DNA of 64,000 bases from Mytilus californianus (lineage: Eukaryota). Under the pieces are notes generated by a model. The model saw nothing but the letters and a program-made list of their open reading frames with translations. It was not told where the DNA came from and did not search any database. Shown piece after piece: positions 1 through 13,051 of this stretch (its first letter is position 1; each line of letters begins with the position of its first letter). Made by a program: the position numbers and the translations under genes. Where the stretch lies: positions 67,208,001 to 67,272,000 of the forward strand of contig NW_026262723.1 of NCBI RefSeq assembly GCF_021869535.1. Direction: 5' to 3'.

Positions 1-368
1 ATTTTAATGTGCGTATTGTTATGCGTTTACTTTTCTACATTGGCTAGAGGTATAGGGGGAGGGTTGAGATCTCATAAACATGTTTAACCCCGCCGCATTT
101 TTGCGCCTGTCCCAAGTCAGGAGCCTCTAGCCTTTGTTAGTCTTGTATTATTTTTAATTTTAGTTTCTTGTGTACAATTTGGAGTTTAGTATGGCGTTCA
201 TTATCACTGAACTAGTATATATATTTGTTTAGGGGCCAGCTGAAGGACGCCTCCGGGTGCGGGAATTTCTCGCTGCATTGAAGACCTGTTGGTGGCCTTC
301 TGCTGTTGTCTGTTCTGTGGTCGGGTTGTTGTCTCTTTGACACATTCCCCATTTCCATTCTCAATTTT
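1..368 (+). mobile_element. Non-autonomous interspersed repeat, probably Helitron/Helentron (HINE)-like
   Basis: Bases 77-368 recur as a reverse complement at 44061-44350. Class assigned from resemblance to bivalve non-autonomous repeats. Confidence 0.6.
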
Positions 369-1443
369 ATTTATGATTCGATTAAGCAAAAGGAAATCCG
401 GGTAACAAACTAAAACCAAGGGAAACACATCAACTATAATAGGAAAGCAACGGAACAACAGAAACACTGAACTACAACAAAAGCAAACGCCAACATACAT
501 AGAAATAGATTGTCTGATAACAACTGCCATATTCCTGACTTGGTACAGGACATTTTTAGAAAAATGGTGGGTTGAACCTGGTTTTATGGCTAGCCAACCT
601 CCCGCTTATATGGCAATTAAATGTGACTTAATAGGTAAACTGACTACTAGTATAAAAAGCTACACCAGAATAAAATGTTAACGGCAGTCACAAAAAATTT
701 CGTGGTTTCATATATAGCTGGTTGTGATGGTAGCAATATTCTGTCAAACAATTATATTTAAATGTTTGTTTGATTTTCTTCAATTCTATTGTTGCGTGGT
801 TTTAAAACATTATTTGAACATGTAATACATTTGTATTGAACTGCAGCCTTCTAGGGCCACTGATATCGGTCATGATATTTAGCTAAATTGGTATTGGCCT
901 AGTTTTAGTCTAGTTTTGTTTTGTGTCATTTTCTATGACATGACTGTATCATGGCTTTGTATTGCCTTGGTCTTTCCTTGTGCTCTAAATTTTTGTGTCT
1001 GGTTTACTCTTCTGGTTCTTACTATACTATAAAGTACAAGGTGCAGGTTGTACAACAAATGCCAATACCAGAAGAAAAACTTCCGAAGGAAAGTAAATAT
1101 AAGAACACTTATATCATTCTAAAAAGGATGCAAAGCTACAAAAGGACCATGTAAATACTCTTAAAGTACAAAAAAAATGTATATGTGGGAACTAAATACT
1201 TTGTCAACAGCTTGACAATGATGAGTTGTAATGTGTGTGCACTTTTCGGATCTGTCAAACACATACTTTCTATTAGCCGATATTTTGAATTACAAGAGTT
1301 GGGGTATTCTTAGCACGACATCGCGTGCATTCCTGTTTACTTTTGGAAGTATATAAAAACTGCTTTTTTTTTAATGATTTAAAGTTTGAAAAAAAAACTT
1401 TCAACCTTGCCCCTAACATCCCCCCTCCCCTCCCCCCCCCCCC

Positions 1444-1867
1444 CCCCAAAGGTGACTGGGGAATAGAAATATGGTCTCCATTGGTCTTCCTCCGACCGGC
1501 AGTAAAACCCTGGCTAGAGTGGGGCGTCCGTTTGGCTGTGCGGGATGTACAAGTACACAGCAACGTCCGGTCACAATGGGAACGTTAAATCCGATGTTTC
1601 GTGTAGGGTGCCACGCTTTTTGAACGTTAAGAACCTTTGCAACAACTCTTTCATGGGTCCGTAGGTGGCCTGTTGCAAGGCTAAATTTCTGTCCTTATCC
1701 AATATACCCTTATTTTCCAGTGGCAGTAGAATTTTACTAACCTTATCCCGGACGGCGTTAATTACGAAACCTACAAAATTAAATGGTATTTATTATTACT
1801 TTGTTTTCGTCCTGAACATGCATGGAATATTTGCCACTGGACGTTAAGCAATCAATCAATCATCAAT
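1444..1867 (+). mobile_element. Structured SINE-like element (Deu/Nin-like core, (AATC)n tail), diverged copy
   Basis: Starts CCCCAAAGGTGACTGGGG, ends GGACGTTAAGCAATCAATCAATC; colinear with the other copies in the window. Confidence 0.9.
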
Positions 1868-2566
1868 ACTTTAAAGAGATAATTTCTTTACGTCATTTAA
1901 AAATATGATCCTGCATTATACAAGTAATTTGACGCCTTATTCCTTTAAAACGGTTTGAAAGAGTTTGTTTAACATTTTACAATGAAGACTTAATCATACC
2001 GTACTTTATCATTAGCTTTTATGTGCAGTTTGTTGTTGATGATACATGTTTGCAGTTTTTTTATTTCACATGTTTTTATGCTAAGAGATTGTTTTCATGC
2101 ACACACCACCACCCCTTTTTGATAATAGAACGAAACTATTTTTGCAGTGTACATAATTTTGGTTTGTCTTTTCTCAAATAGGCTGAAAAAGTAAAGTTAA
2201 ATTTACTAAAGGAACACAAATCATTAGATACTAAAAAAAATATACCTTTTACCACATTCCTTTATCTGGACCAAGGCCTTCAAGTTTGGACAAAGAACGA
2301 TTATGCAAAGAAGTGAGGCAGCTCTCTTTACACATAAATATGATAAAGGAACATACTTCTTTGGAAAAAAAAAGAATAGCTGAAATGTATAATTAATAAA
2401 AAAAAAATGTCCTTCCAGTTGGGCTATCCCAACTGTATTGAAGGACAACACCATAATGTCTATTTATTGTCTACTCATTAGCATGTGATTATTCTCTGTG
2501 CGATGTTCTTTTCACATCAGACTATTCATGATGGTTTCATAAAAATAGAACCTCCCATAATTATTT

Positions 2567-3890
2567 CTTTTTAGCTCACTGTTCCTTGCCATCACTTGGC
2601 GTCCGTCGTCGTCGTCCGTCCGGTGTAAACTATTTCAAACATCTTATCCTCTAAAACTACTGAACCAATTCCAACCAACCTTAGGCTGAATGATCCTTAG
2701 GGTATTTAGAATAAAGTTTGTGTTTTATTTTCTGTTTCGTCAAAATACATGGCCGCCATGGATAAAAATAAAACATAGGAGCAAAACGCAGTTTTTGGTT
2801 TATATCTCAAAAACCAAAGCATTTAGAGTAAATCTGACATGGGGTAAAAATGTTCATTAGGTCAAGTTCTATCAGCCCTGATATTTTCAGATGAATCTAA
2901 CAACCCATTTTTGGGTTGCTACCACTAAATTGGTAATTATAAGGAAATTTTTCAGTTTTTGGTTATTATCTTGAATATTATTACAGATAGAGATAAACTG
3001 TAAACAGCATAAATGTTCAGCAAAGTAAGATCTACAAATAAGTTTATACGACCAAAATTTTCAATTGACCCCTTAAGGAGTTATTGCCCTTTAAGGACAA
3101 TTTTACACAATGTGTTAATCATGTTTTCTAACTTTAAAAAATCTTCTCCTCTGAAACTACTGAACCAAATTAAACCAAACTTAAGTTGAATGATTCTTAG
3201 GTTATCTTAAATAAAGTTTGTGTTTTATTTATCTGTTTCCTCAGAAAACATGGCCGCCATGGCTAATAATAAAACATAAGGTAAAATGCAGTTTTTGGCA
3301 TATCTCAAAAACTTAAGCATTTAGAGCAAGAAATTAAAGTATTCATTAGGTCAAAGTCTACATGCCCTAAAATTATCAGCCAAATCGGGTATCTGATATT
3401 TAGGTTATTGCCCCTGAATTGATGATTTTAAGGAAATTTTGCAGTTTTCGGTTATTATCTTGAATATTATTATAGGTACAGATAAACTAAACAGCAATAA
3501 TGTTCAGCAAAGTAAGATCTACAAATAAGTTTTTATATGACCAAAATTGTCAATTGACCCCTTAAGGAGTTATTGTCCTTTAAAGACAATTTTCACAATT
3601 TTTTCATCTAATCTAGATTGCTTACCTTAAAAAATCTTCTCCTTTGAAACTGCTGAATCAATTTCAGCCAAACTTGGGCTAATTGAGTTTCAGAGTATCT
3701 TGTATAAATTTTGTATTTTATTTCCTTGTACGTCAAGAAACATAGCCACTATGGCTAACATGGAACATAGGGGTAAAATGCATTTTCAAGCCACTCATTA
3801 ATATATATTGAAAAGCAAAAATAATCATTGATGAAAGATTTAAGCAAAAAAATACAGGTGAGCGATTCAGGCACTTGAGAGCCTCTTGTT
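2567..3890 (+). mobile_element. pearl/HINE-type Helentron-associated element with internal ~500-bp tandem repeats
   Basis: TTTTTAGCTCAC start, GTC/GTCC microsatellite, repeated cores near 2640, 3140 and 3630, then CAGGTGAGCGATTCAGG subterminal inverted repeat and a 3' palindrome (AGGCACTTGAGAGCCT) followed by CTTGTT. Confidence 0.8.
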
Positions 3891-4280
3891 CTTTTATTAT
3901 TCAATTCCAAAACAACGAAAAGTGGTTGGGATATGTGTCAAAATTACGTGAAGTTGATAGGAGCAAACCACATTCGATACAAATAGCTACTATTTCTTCT
4001 TAGTTATGGTCTGTCAAGTTTTCAATGTCCTTTGAACATTATAAATGCTCAACTTGTAAAATAACTGACAAACCATCATGTAACATATATAAAGAAAAAA
4101 TGTGTTAAGAAATTAATGACAATTAACATTGATTCGAAATATAACTGACTTAAATAAAAATTATTATTTTACTTTATACAGGAATGGATGCGTTTTAGTT
4201 AGTTAGTACATAATGGCTAAAAAATATGCCCAAATTCATACTGTTAACCTATATTAGAGAAACAATCGGTGAAAAATATG

Positions 4281-4678
4281 ATTGATTGTTGGTTGCTTAA
4301 CGTCCAGTGGCAAATATTTCATGCATTTTCAGGACGAGAACAAATTAATTAATACAATAGGTAGGTTCTGTAAGAGGGGCGTCCGGGATTAAGGTCGGAG
4401 AAATTTAGACTGCCACGGGAAATGAGGGTTTATTGGATAGGGACAGAAATTTAGCCTTGCAACAGGTCACCTACAGACCCCTCAAAGAGTTGTTGCAAGG
4501 GTTCTTAACGTGCAAAGAGCGTGGCACTCTCTTTACACGAGCCATTCTGACCGGACGTGGCTGCAAACTTGTACATCCCGCACAGCCAAACGGACGCCCC
4601 ACTTTAGCAAGGGTTTTACTGCCGGTCGGAGGAAGACCAATGGTGACCATACTTCTATTCCCCAGCCACCCTTGGGGG
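4281..4678 (-). mobile_element. Structured SINE-like element with 7-bp TSD
   Basis: Reverse-complement copy with a ~20-bp internal deletion; AAATATG at 4274-4280 and 4682-4688. Confidence 0.9.
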
Positions 4679-6544
4679 CCGAAATATGAGAATAAATTTA
4701 TAAAATTTAATAAACCAGAATTTAGAAAATGATATAAACTTTAACAAACATACTGTATAATATTTAGTGACTGTAAGCAGAAAATCCCAAAAACATCTTT
4801 TTTTCCTTAAATTTAATCCGTTGCCATATTAACAAAACAACATACAGTGTGGCATGAAAAAAAATTATATACTTGGTTTTTTTTCAGAGAGTTTCAACAA
4901 AATAGGTGACCATTCGTGCCCAAATTAGGTTGATAGAAACAAAGAACTGGTATTAATGTGTTAAATGTACAAAAGCAGTTTTAATCATTAGTAGTCCAAA
5001 AATAGTCATATTGTGGGGAATCAAAATTAATATTTGGTAACAGCAAAAACTCTTAATGATTTTGACCTTATGAAACGTGAAGGTAAAGTAGAATTTTGTT
5101 TAACTGTAAAAAGATTACATTTAGGCTTTATTGCATACAATCCGAGTGTGAAGACATTTACGATATTGTGTGGGGTATTATTGTGAATAATACATTGCTG
5201 ATGAATATGTGCCGATTAGGGTATACAAGAAGCAGTAAATTACTCTATATGTCATTGTGAAACTGTTATCTCCTAGCAGTTCTTCATCATACTCGGTTTG
5301 CTTGTTTCTTTAATCTCAAATATGAAGCAAGTATTTTCGCTTATAGTCGGAACGCAAATTGTTATTCTCGGCTACATCTAACGAAGTATCCATTATTTAA
5401 ATGTATTAGCTAGTATTTTCAGGGCTTTCATTTTCAATAATTACAGGTAAGCTGCTTTCTGTGTTTGCAATGACAATAACAGTGGCATCAGTTTCCATTT
5501 CTTCTACTGACTTTTGTAACAAGTATCTACTTTTTGGTTTTGAATTCCGTTTCTATACGTTATTTGATCTTACATTTCGTTAATTTTAAGTTTCTTGGTT
5601 TTTGTACGCCCGTTTACGGGATTGTTCATCTGCATGGCAATCTGGATTTTTGTAAAAATGAACAATTTTTTAATAAATAAAAAAAAAAACACACGACTTT
5701 CTTTTTATTTCATGAATATCTAATATGTTTTCTTTCAAATTTGTCAGTGACATGTTATGGTATTGTTAGTCGTGGGATATAAACAGAAAATTTTGCAATT
5801 TATAAACAAAAATTATTATAGATTTTAACGTAATTTTAAATGGTTGCTATGGAAACAAACTATAACGTAAATTATTTTAACGTTTTTGAGTAGTGTGGGA
5901 TTTTGTTTTTGTCAACAATGTAAAAATGTTTATCGTTTTTATTGATGAACTTTATTTCCATGGTACTTTAAAATGCCTTATTTTTCAATTTTCAAAGGCT
6001 ACGTAATTAGGCATAATGTTGTTAGGATGGTTTCCATGGCAACAAAGGATCAAAAGAAAAAGATAAATATATTAAACTTAATTTCATACCATATCTTCCT
6101 CAAAAACAAAATATTAAGACATTTAAAGAGTGGTCATGAATCGTCAATCAACAGGAACCTGTATGATTCTTACAAAGACAGATACTTAATTAGTTGGACA
6201 TACTTTTCTTCAGGGCAAGTATTTATCAGTTTATTTCGTGTCTATTATATAACCACAGCCTGTACCACAAGCCTGCCCTCTTTTCATTAAAAAAGACATA
6301 AATGATTAAAGCTTGTCATCAAATTTGTACTAACAACATGACGAATACTACATGTGAAGTAAGACCAGCTTACTCTCGGATAGATAGCACATGATATCAA
6401 TGCTGTATTTGATGAGATTCATAATGCTCAGTATTTAGTTTCAAAAAGGTGCTTTATAATAAGACTTGTTTGTCTTTTATCTTCCATGGCGTTTAAAATT
6501 TTTATTTGATTTATGAATTTGAATGTTTCTTTGCCTGTTTTTTA

Positions 6545-6715
6545 ACTTATAAAATCATGATAGATAACAGGATTAAAATTTTGTACATCAGACGCTTGTT
6601 TCTTCTCCAAAAGACTCGTCAGTGAAGCTAGAATCTACACGAGTTAAAAAGGTCAAATAAAGTACGAAGTTGAAGAGCATTGAGGGCATAAATTCCGAAA
6701 GGTTATGCTTTGGAA
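6545..6715 (-). ncRNA. Degenerate retrozyme fragment with a minimal type I hammerhead ribozyme (family 1)
   Basis: Minus strand reads GCTTCA-CTGACGA-GTCTTTTGGAGAA-GAAA-C-AAGC-GTC-TGATGT. The stem II closing pair and the palindromic loop III are mutated. Confidence 0.7.
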
Positions 6716-7479
6716 AAATATCTTTATTTTCAATCTGTTTATAAAAAAAAGATTTTTCTAAGCTGGTTTTTTTTCTAAGGTTTTAAAATGCTCAGTTGCA
6801 ACTGAACAGCATGTTTCTGAATCTTCATCCTGAACCTCCTTTAAAGATTTATTAACACTGTTCTATTAGATATGTAGCTGATGCATAATGTTCTTTTGAA
6901 ATTTTCTTCGGCATAGAATACAAATCCTCAGAACCATTTGCCAATGACATGTCACAACCACCTGAGGAGATATCGCTTATTTTCATTTTCTGTGGTCATG
7001 GTGTCATAATAGTATCCTCTTATGTTTCTGGTGATAATCATAACTATTAACCTCATTACTGTCTTTACTATTTGAAGAGATGTCACGGTCAATTCACGAA
7101 CTCTTTTCAGAACAAGAGACAATTTCCTAGAACATGCGAAGCATGCATGGTTTATACAATGATGACAATATCAATTATCACTTTTCTCGTTCCTACTAGA
7201 ATAAAGCTCCTCGTGTACACATAACGAATGTCCTCATATTGCATATTTATTATATAAAAACCTGTTAAGTATAGCCTCACTTGCATTAAAAATCAATACA
7301 TATTCGAATAATGCCGACACTGCCAATGTACAAAATATTATTTCCACCACAGTCTCATTTGATATCTATTCTTTTCAGTCCCCAAAGTCTGAATCATTTT
7401 GAGAGGACCACACGCTTATGCAATAACTGAAAATTGAAATAATTTCACAGTATATAGTAATGAAGGAGTAAAAAAATAA

Positions 7480-9425
7480 TTGAAATAAAAAGTTTTTCGA
7501 ATCTCTTCTACTGTTCTTAGGTGGCCAGTGTTGTTTACTGCGTTTATCTTTGAACATGCAGCCTCCCATGCTCTTTTTTCTTTGCACTGTTTGTTGTTGT
7601 GTTACTCAGTCTGCTAAATAGTTAAGATTTATTCATCTCCACTTAAAATTTGAACTCCTTTTCTTACTCATGATTATGTATAATAAATATATCTATTTTT
7701 CTTACTCATGATTATGTATAATAAATATATCTATATTTTTGTCCTTCCTATAATATTTGTTTACGTATTTGCACGGGCATTTGGTTAAGCGGGTACCCGA
7801 TGTACCAAATCTTAAAAAAGCATTTACAATAATTAGATAACACTTTATCAGTCAGATATCACATGGCAAACCGTGACCTTTAAAATTGATGATTCTCCAT
7901 GACTTGAACAAAAATATCTTGTGATGAAAAACCATGACCATTAAATGTTTCTATATTTTGATGCAAGAGAGATGTTATTTTTTCATTATCTTAATCAAGT
8001 CATGAATATCAATGACCGAAAAAAAACCAACCAGGATCATGTAAATTCATCACATGGATAATTTTCAAAGTCATGGTTTTTGTTTCAGCCTCAGTCCTTG
8101 TCCGAATATTTGAAACTTACATTGTCTTTTCGTTTTGTCAAACAGGTCCTTACATCTGGAACAAATCTTAAATTTCTGAGCTGAATTAGATTTTTTGACA
8201 ATGTCATCAATATCATCTTCCTTTGAATGTTCTTTCTATTCACTCATAACTTGTTCAGTTGCAGCGTCGATAAATAAATTAAGTTGTGATAAATGAGTTT
8301 GCTTAAAACTCTGAACTTGATCATCATCTTCCATCAATAGTTTATCAATATTTTCTTGTAATCTCTGCTCACAAAACCATTTTTTTGTGTACAAATCGTT
8401 CTAGGCCTGGATAGAAACAGTCTCATTTAATCCAGCAACTGCTTTTTTTTGTTATTACAGAACATTTTGCTTTATTATTGGGTTTTATATTCCAGATTTT
8501 TCCCACAACTTGTTCAATTTCAAATATATATATTGCCTTTTGCGTTGTTATCTAGCCATTTTCACAATGTTGAATATTTTCTCCCAGCACTGATATTCCC
8601 AATAATATCTGCAACTGTTCAACTGTGTGAAAGAGAAAAAAATGTCATATTTTGAAGTTAACTGACTGGCCCAATAAACTGATAATTTCTCAATTTGTAT
8701 ACGTGTTCCAATAGTACAGACATACTGCATTCGCCATAATTATTGTCATCAGATGAGTTGCATTTTGTCAGCATCCCTAAAACAGATTTCACAAAATCAT
8801 TTCGATGTCATTAGAGAGATATTCGTTTAAATTAATATTTCTAATGTCTTCAAGGCTATTAAATGATTCCTGAATGGTTTCGATATCTTCAATTATTCCA
8901 GTCTCCTCTGAATTTAGAATGACTGACATCAAATATATCTTTTCAGTGGTGTTTAGGTGTTGAACAAAGTTGTTAATACTTTCATTTTTTCTTGTTATGA
9001 GGAACTTGTTTGAAAGCATCTGTTAATGGACAATTTGAGTCATTATCTTGTTCGTAAAGATTAATAGCATGTTCTTGGATTTGTAAGTTGATGGTGTTGA
9101 ATACAGATGGTCTGCACTTTCCATACATGGACAAAAATCTGTCCAATGATGTTGAAAACTACATACTGTAATGGAAGCGCTATATGATTTTACATTTTCT
9201 TTTACTTTCCTGTATATATAAAACACTGAGGAATGTTTGCAGCAAATTTTGGACGGCATAACATCATCATCTCCATTTTCAACATCAATATTACACACTT
9301 AAAGTAACTCATTCTTGAAATTTTCTTTATGTGCCAGTTTCTTTGCTTTTTGACCACATATACGACAAATACATTTCAACCATGCTGTATGTTGTTGAAA
9401 TGTGTTTTGCTGTTCAGAATTCATT
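7480..9425 (-). pseudogene. Decayed transposase-like gene with an N-terminal RAG1-N/Chapa-like zinc-binding domain
   Basis: HTAWLKCICRICG matches H-X7-C-R-X-C-G, followed by IDVENGDDDVMPSKICCKH and FQHHWTDFCPC. Downstream broken frames read [25 protein letters not shown] and [18 protein letters not shown]. Many stops and frameshifts. Confidence 0.65.
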
Positions 9426-9744
9426 TGCTGTAAATTTAAGATAACAATTCTTTTACAAGAAATATTATGAATATAAAGTTGTGGCTCCAATGAGCCTGAA
9501 TCTGTGCACAGCAGCTATATATTTTTTTATTAATTGAATTGATCATTTAAAGTGGACCTTCTCCTGAAAATCTCTGCTAAGGTTGATTAAAATCAGTCGA
9601 GCTGTTTCAGAGAAAACGATGAAAATGCGAAAAGTTAATTCATTTATTTCAATTGAGCAAATGTAAGTAAAATGCAATCTAATTATATTTCAACAATCAC
9701 TCCCCGTGTTGTTTTATGTGAACCACGAAGCCGATTAGTGACAT

Positions 9745-10190
9745 AAAACTAAAGGCTCCTAGGAGCCAGAATCGCTCATCTGGAAACCTAGGTTTATTGC
9801 TTTATTGGAATAAAGGGTGCAACCAGAAAAAGATTGTGTCATCCTGATCATTTCTACAACTTTGATTATCTATATGTTATAACTTTCAAAATATAGCCAA
9901 AAAACAAAAAAAATCAGCTAAAAATTTGATGTGTAAGAGGCCATAACTCCACCATCAGTACACTAATTTTGATGACATTTTGAAGGCAGGTAGAGTTTTA
10001 TCATATTGATCATTTTTGCTGTTTACATTAATTATCTATCTGTTATTGTTTTCAAGATATAGGCAAACAACCAAAATAGCGGGAATAAATGGACCTATCA
10101 GGGACCCTAACTCGATCATCAATAATCCAATTATGATCATCTATCTCTCATAGTTTCCAAGATATAGGATAAAAGGTCTGACAAATTGAT
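9745..10190 (-). mobile_element. HINE-type element fragment
   Basis: Terminal palindrome GGCTCCTAGGAGCC plus GAATCGCTCATCTG at 9749-9782, followed by HINE-like core sequence. Confidence 0.55.
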
Positions 10191-10204
10191 ATAAATTTAC
10201 AAAC

Positions 10205-10995
10205 AAAAGGCTCTCTGGAACCTGAATCGCTCAGCTGTAATTTTTTGTGTAAATCTTTCATCAATGATTATTTTGCTTTTTAATGTATATTAATGTGTGC
10301 TTCAAATTTCATTAAAGGTTTCTTTGTATCTGTCATAGTCTACAAAAGCAAAAAAAAAATGCAATTTAACCCTATGTTCTATTTTAGCCATAGTGGATTT
10401 GTTTCTTGACGTACAAGAAAATAAAACACAAACTTTATAATAAATACCCTGAAATCATTCAGCCTTAGTTTAGCTGAGCTTCAGGGGAGAAGATTTTTGA
10501 AAGTTAATAAACATGACAAACAAATTGTGAGAAGTTGTCTTTGAAAGGCAATAACTCCTTAAAGGGTCAATTAACAATTTTTGTCATATTAACTTTGCAG
10601 ATCTTACTTTGCTGAACATTATTTCAGTTTACAGTTTATCTTTATCTATATTAACCAAAAACTGCAAACTTTCATAAAATTTATCAATTTAGGGGCAATA
10701 ACCCAAAAATCATTGTCTGATTCGTCTGAAAAAGAAATGGCTGGTAGATCTTGATCTAATGAACAGTTTTACCCCCTGTCAGATTTGCTCTAAATGCTTA
10801 AGTTTTTGAGTTCTATTTTTAGTCATGGCGGTCATGTTTTTATTACGAAACAAAAATTAAAACGCTAACTATATGCACTAGATACCCTAGTGATCATTCA
10901 GCTTAAGTTTGGTTAAAATTGGTTCAGTTGTTTCGGAGAAGATCTTTGAAATTCCGGACGACGACGGACGTCAAGTGATGGCAAAAGCTCACATT
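10205..10995 (-). mobile_element. pearl/HINE-type element related to 2567-3890
   Basis: Reverse complement of the same core; GACGACGACGGACG microsatellite and AAAGCTCAC terminus near 10985. Confidence 0.75.
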
Positions 10996-11003
10996 TTCTT
11001 TTA

Positions 11004-12059
11004 TACGGCTGGTAATCTACACAATCAGAACAATCGGTTCTGCAGAGAAAACCGCGAGAGAGTGTTCCGGTTATGCTAGAGTGGAGTCATTGTCGCCGCT
11101 TCGCAAGGTATGTACATTTCTAAAATCGCAGTTTTCTAATTCAACTGATCAAATATTGCAAATCGGGGAATGCTATGCTGTGGTGAATGCTTTTATGAAA
11201 AGAGACATGTACTGTTGTGCATGGAGTTAAACTCCTGCAAAATCAATCGTCCCACGAGTGATTGCCGAAAAAAGTAACATTAAACTTTTGAGATGTTTCT
11301 ATTAACAGACCTGCAAGTTCAAATTTCGTGTTTTTTTTCTGTCCACGGGACTGAATGTCGTTATTGGCGGGTTACACGCTGTCAGAAGTTGATAGACGTC
11401 TCAATAAATCTAAAAACTGTCAATGTTCATTATTTCATGCGTGAGGGAATCGGTTCTGATGGAGGACATCATGAATGCTTGAGGGGAAGTACAAACCTAT
11501 CTTATCGAAAGCTAATGAATATCACAATCTAGTACCAGTATTGATTATATATGATAATAACTTACCCAAACTGGGGTTTATCATTGATCAATGCTGAATG
11601 AATGCGGCTTAAATTTCATTAACAAAAATTGCAACAATCGCCTCAAAGAAAGGCAAGTAACTTGCATAGTTTTAGTGAAGTTCATACTAAATATAAATTG
11701 ACAATGGAAATGGCTACATAGTAAATATAAGTGGTTTAGAAAAAATGATTGACTATGTTTTTTCCCGCGTGCATGCAAGACTTTAATCTATGTTTCAGAT
11801 GGATAGAACACGCCACCATTGTCTGCAGTGTAATAAATCATATTCTCAACGTCCAAAGCTGAACTTCCATGTAAAGCTGGTACATGACAACATACTAGAC
11901 ACAAAGTGCAGCTACTGTGACAAGACATTTTCATGGAGACTTGTCTCATTGGCACTCAAACCACATCTTCTTATTTCTAATAACTGGAAAGCCCTCTCGT
12001 GGTTCATGCGGTTTTCATTGCAGAACCGACTGTTCTGCTTGTGTATATTACCAACCGTG
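11004..12059. mobile_element. Non-autonomous TIR element (~50-bp imperfect TIRs, (C/T)ACGG...CCGTG termini) carrying a C2H2 zinc-finger exon
   Basis: 11004-11054 is the inverted repeat of 12008-12059. Flanks TTTA/TGTA are a possible 4-bp TSD. Confidence 0.75.
11799..11937 (+). pseudogene. Truncated C2H2 zinc-finger coding exon
   Basis: TTTCAG|ATG acceptor; MDRTRHHCLQCNKSYSQRPKLNFHVKLVHDNILDTKCSYCDKTFSW gives one full and one half finger. Cut by a ~45-bp repeat remnant at 11936-11980. Upstream donor AAG|GTATGT at 11108. Confidence 0.7.
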
Positions 12060-13051
12060 TGTAGGAAGGGTGAGATAAAAAGAGTCATAACTCTCAAACG
12101 GTTTTCCAATAAGCTTGAAAACGGCAGAGTAGATGGATCTGGACTTTTAGTCAGGTGAGCTAAAAAGTGGGCAGGGAGGGTGGATATAAATTTCATTACA
12201 TTGGTCAATATAGTTAACATTGGTACATTTTATGACCTGTTAGTAGGAAACTTCCAACCAACAAAATTAATAACTTTTTTGGACTTAAATTTGATTAAAA
12301 GCAACCTAATGCCACTTTTAATAAACCTGAGAGCCCAATACATTCACATATATTTATTTTCATGAATATTATCCTTCGCGAAATTTGTGAAATAAGTATA
12401 ATTAACAATATACATGTATTTTTTCGAAAGAAAAAAACTCTCACAACATTCATTTGTATTGAAGAAATGACTAGTATTTTGGTCGGTTCGTGAAGAAATG
12501 ACTCCAATTAAGTGGTGGCATGCAAACTCAAAAACATGCGTACCGTGTTATTTCTAAGTGTCTACCACAGGCTGTAACCAATTAGCAACAGGAAACATCA
12601 AGGACTGACAAGAAGACAAATTCAACGTCAAGAAAACAATTATTGTTATGAGACGTTTCCTTATTGGGTTGAATACACTTAGGAAAGATTTTGACTGCGA
12701 ATACTTTTGTGTATTTTTCCTCTCTGACCATGCATAGGGGGACGATTTGGATCCAGCAAAACTCAGCATAAAATCTGTGACGATTGGTCGGAATGTTCGG
12801 CGGAAATCACCTTCACCTAAATATTTGAATTCTGCTTTTTTTTTAGGTTTAAAAAAAAACATTAATTCCTCTATAAAGTTGTTCGAACTAATTATCATTT
12901 TAACTTTCTTGACGCTAAACTCATCTTCCTGTGCAAAATTTTCTTCTTGTCGCTATACAGTTAGACCATCCGTCACTGACCATATACAAAAACGTTGTAA
13001 ATAAATATTCTGATCGGACTAATACAATACATTACAAGCTTTATTTTTAAA

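Noticed and set aside
204-530. 108-aa minus-strand ORF
   Set aside because: It largely overlaps an interspersed repeat whose second copy (44061-44350) does not preserve the frame.
5196-5240. CTGATGA as a hammerhead core
   Set aside because: No stem II/GAAA or UH site in the required arrangement.
7480-9425. True RAG1 or ProtoRAG gene
   Set aside because: No RING/ZFA, nonamer-binding or RAG1 core motifs and no RAG2-like partner; only the N-terminal zinc motif is shared.
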